Positions 62,528-64,000 of a DNA stretch of 64,000 bases are shown piece by piece. Made by a program: the position numbers and the translations under genes. The first letter of the stretch is position 1. Each line of letters begins with the position of its first letter. The notes under the pieces were generated by a model, which searched no databases, had not been told where the DNA came from, and saw nothing but the letters and a program-made list of their open reading frames with translations. This DNA is from Felis catus (lineage: Eukaryota), in the NCBI RefSeq assembly GCF_018350175.1, contig NC_058368.1:210738001-210802000 (forward strand), given 5' to 3'.

Positions 62528-63375
62528 TGTGGGGTATAAGCTTAGGAAACCCCCGGGCTTACACCAATGAGTTAACAAGGCATACAGAAATACAAAGTCA
62601 TAAAATGTTCACACCCGAGTTTGGGTAAACCAGATTGGCACCCCAAGAATAGGGGGGTGCAAAGGCACCTCGAGAAGAGGGAGTTGCAAAGGTGCCGGGA
62701 ATAGGGAGGTGCAAAGGCACCCCTAAATAGAGAGGGGGTGCAGGGCCCTCAGAATAGAGAGGGAGAGGCAAAGGCCTAAAATTGGAATGGCACAAACATG
62801 CCCAATACATAGGTATATGAAATAAACGATATTAGACGTTCAGGATGGAAGCACCCCCAGTTTAGTACTATAGCAGAAAAGCTGCTTTCACAGGAGGATA
62901 GGCCAGGTTAGGTAAATTGGTGGACTATAGACAGCTGCGCTGTAGGCAAAGCAGCCCAGAGCAGAGATGGTTAACAAAAGAAAAGGTACCTTGTCAACCC
63001 TGAGGTTATTCCCCCTACCTGCCTCATCCCCAGGCTGGCAAAGATGAACAGAGGTGCTGCCTCATGTCTACCGTAAACAACCTTCCTCCCACTTCCTGGT
63101 ACCCGGATTTTGCTTTATATTGACCTAAACTCCAAACACTGTATATCTTCAAAACCCCCCTTTTCCCTCACGTCCCCAAGTTAATGTTCACAATTTCTTT
63201 GTCTCTTTGTACATACCCATCATGCTTGTAAGCCTTCTGATCTGAATAAATATGGGACAAGGACCCTTATTCTGGGCTCTTGTCTTTTCCTGGACGTTAG
63301 CCATCTCTTGCTTTCAATCCTGCATCCTGCTCTTTTGCTAGACAAGAGAGAACTTTAGACCCAGAGTCTACAACA
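62528..63375 (+). mobile_element. Solo endogenous retrovirus LTR (848 bp), probably class II/ERVK-like
   Basis: TG...CA termini (TGTGGGG...TACAACA), perfect 6-bp TSD CCCCTT (62522-62527, 63376-63381), AATAAA at 63245, tandem repeats in the putative U3. Confidence 0.85.
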
Positions 63376-63477
63376 CCCCTTCATGCTCTCATTCTGCCTA
63401 AATAGAGACATCATGTGGAAGGAGGAGTTCCCAAGGGGGAAGATGTAAAGGAATACCTAAATATTGGAGTTGCCCAC

Positions 63478-63778
63478 TTTTCTTAAATATGAAATTTATT
63501 GTCAAATTGGTTTCCGTACAACACCCAGTGCTCCTCCCAACAGGTGCCCTCCTCAATGCCCATCACCCACCCTCCCCTCCTTCCCACTCCCCATCAACCC
63601 TCAGTTTATTCTGTTTTTAAGAGTCTCTAATGGTTTGGCTCTCTCTCTCTCTCTCTTTTTTTTCCTTCCCCTCCCCCATGGTCTTCTGTTAAGTTTCTCA
63701 AGATCCACATAAGAGTGAAAATATATGGTATCTGTCTTTCTCTGTATGACTTATTTCACTTTGCATAACACTCTCCAT
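63478..63778 (-). mobile_element. Felid L1 3' end (5'-truncated)
   Basis: gaaatttattgtcaaattggtttcc...acaacacccagtgctc...ggtgccctcctcaatgcccatcaccc; carnivore L1 3' UTR. Confidence 0.85.
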
Positions 63779-64000
63779 TTAACACTGAACAATCCAATTA
63801 TTTAAGAAGAAAATCTGGCATCATTAATGACATTGTTTCAAATGATCTCTGCCACTAAGAAATGGGAGAAATACTGTATATGTTTTCAAAATCTAGATGC
63901 AAATAACAATAATGTTCTGTGGTAAATTCCAAAACCTGAACCTGGGAATTATATAAAAATGTAGATGAAATAAAATTTCAACCGAAAATAAGTATGAAAT

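Noticed and set aside
55535-64000. Search for the preceding SPEF2 exon (EEAYREEQLINRL...DALDREA)
   Set aside because: Not found; probably lies beyond the window end. The 196-N gap is flanked by sequence that does not look like splice context, but cannot be fully excluded

Overview
AT-rich, repeat-dense mammalian genomic DNA from a felid, judged from about 22 CanSINE/SINEC_Fc-type tRNA-derived SINEs and a cat-type L1 3' end. The whole window lies inside one gene on the minus strand: SPEF2 (sperm flagellar protein 2, KPL2). I resolved 13 consecutive coding exons (55534 down to 2755; probably exons 9-21 by human numbering, from memory). They total 1887 nt (629 codons) and splice into one uninterrupted frame with matching phases. 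They encode the end of the coiled-coil region, the adenylate-kinase-like P-loop region and a Pro/Lys/Glu-rich linker. Almost all other ORFs in the track are SINE, L1, simple-repeat or N-gap artefacts. Most notable observations: (1) a heavily decayed Ty3/Gypsy pol-like fossil (RT, RNase H, integrase order) in the 18-kb intron 10; (2) two near-identical inverted young SINEs symmetrically bracketing the in-frame 513-nt exon 11-14 block, which is circRNA or skipping architecture; (3) read-through stop codons plus intronic poly(A) signals after exons 10 and 19; (4) a GC-AG intron; (5) a solo LTR with a perfect 6-bp TSD and class II-like ends; (6) an old ~120-bp duplication that preserves the empty site of a Tigger insertion. 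There is no evidence of a new protein-coding system; the novelty is at the level of splicing, isoforms and transposon fossils. Repeat family names are from memory, not from a database search.
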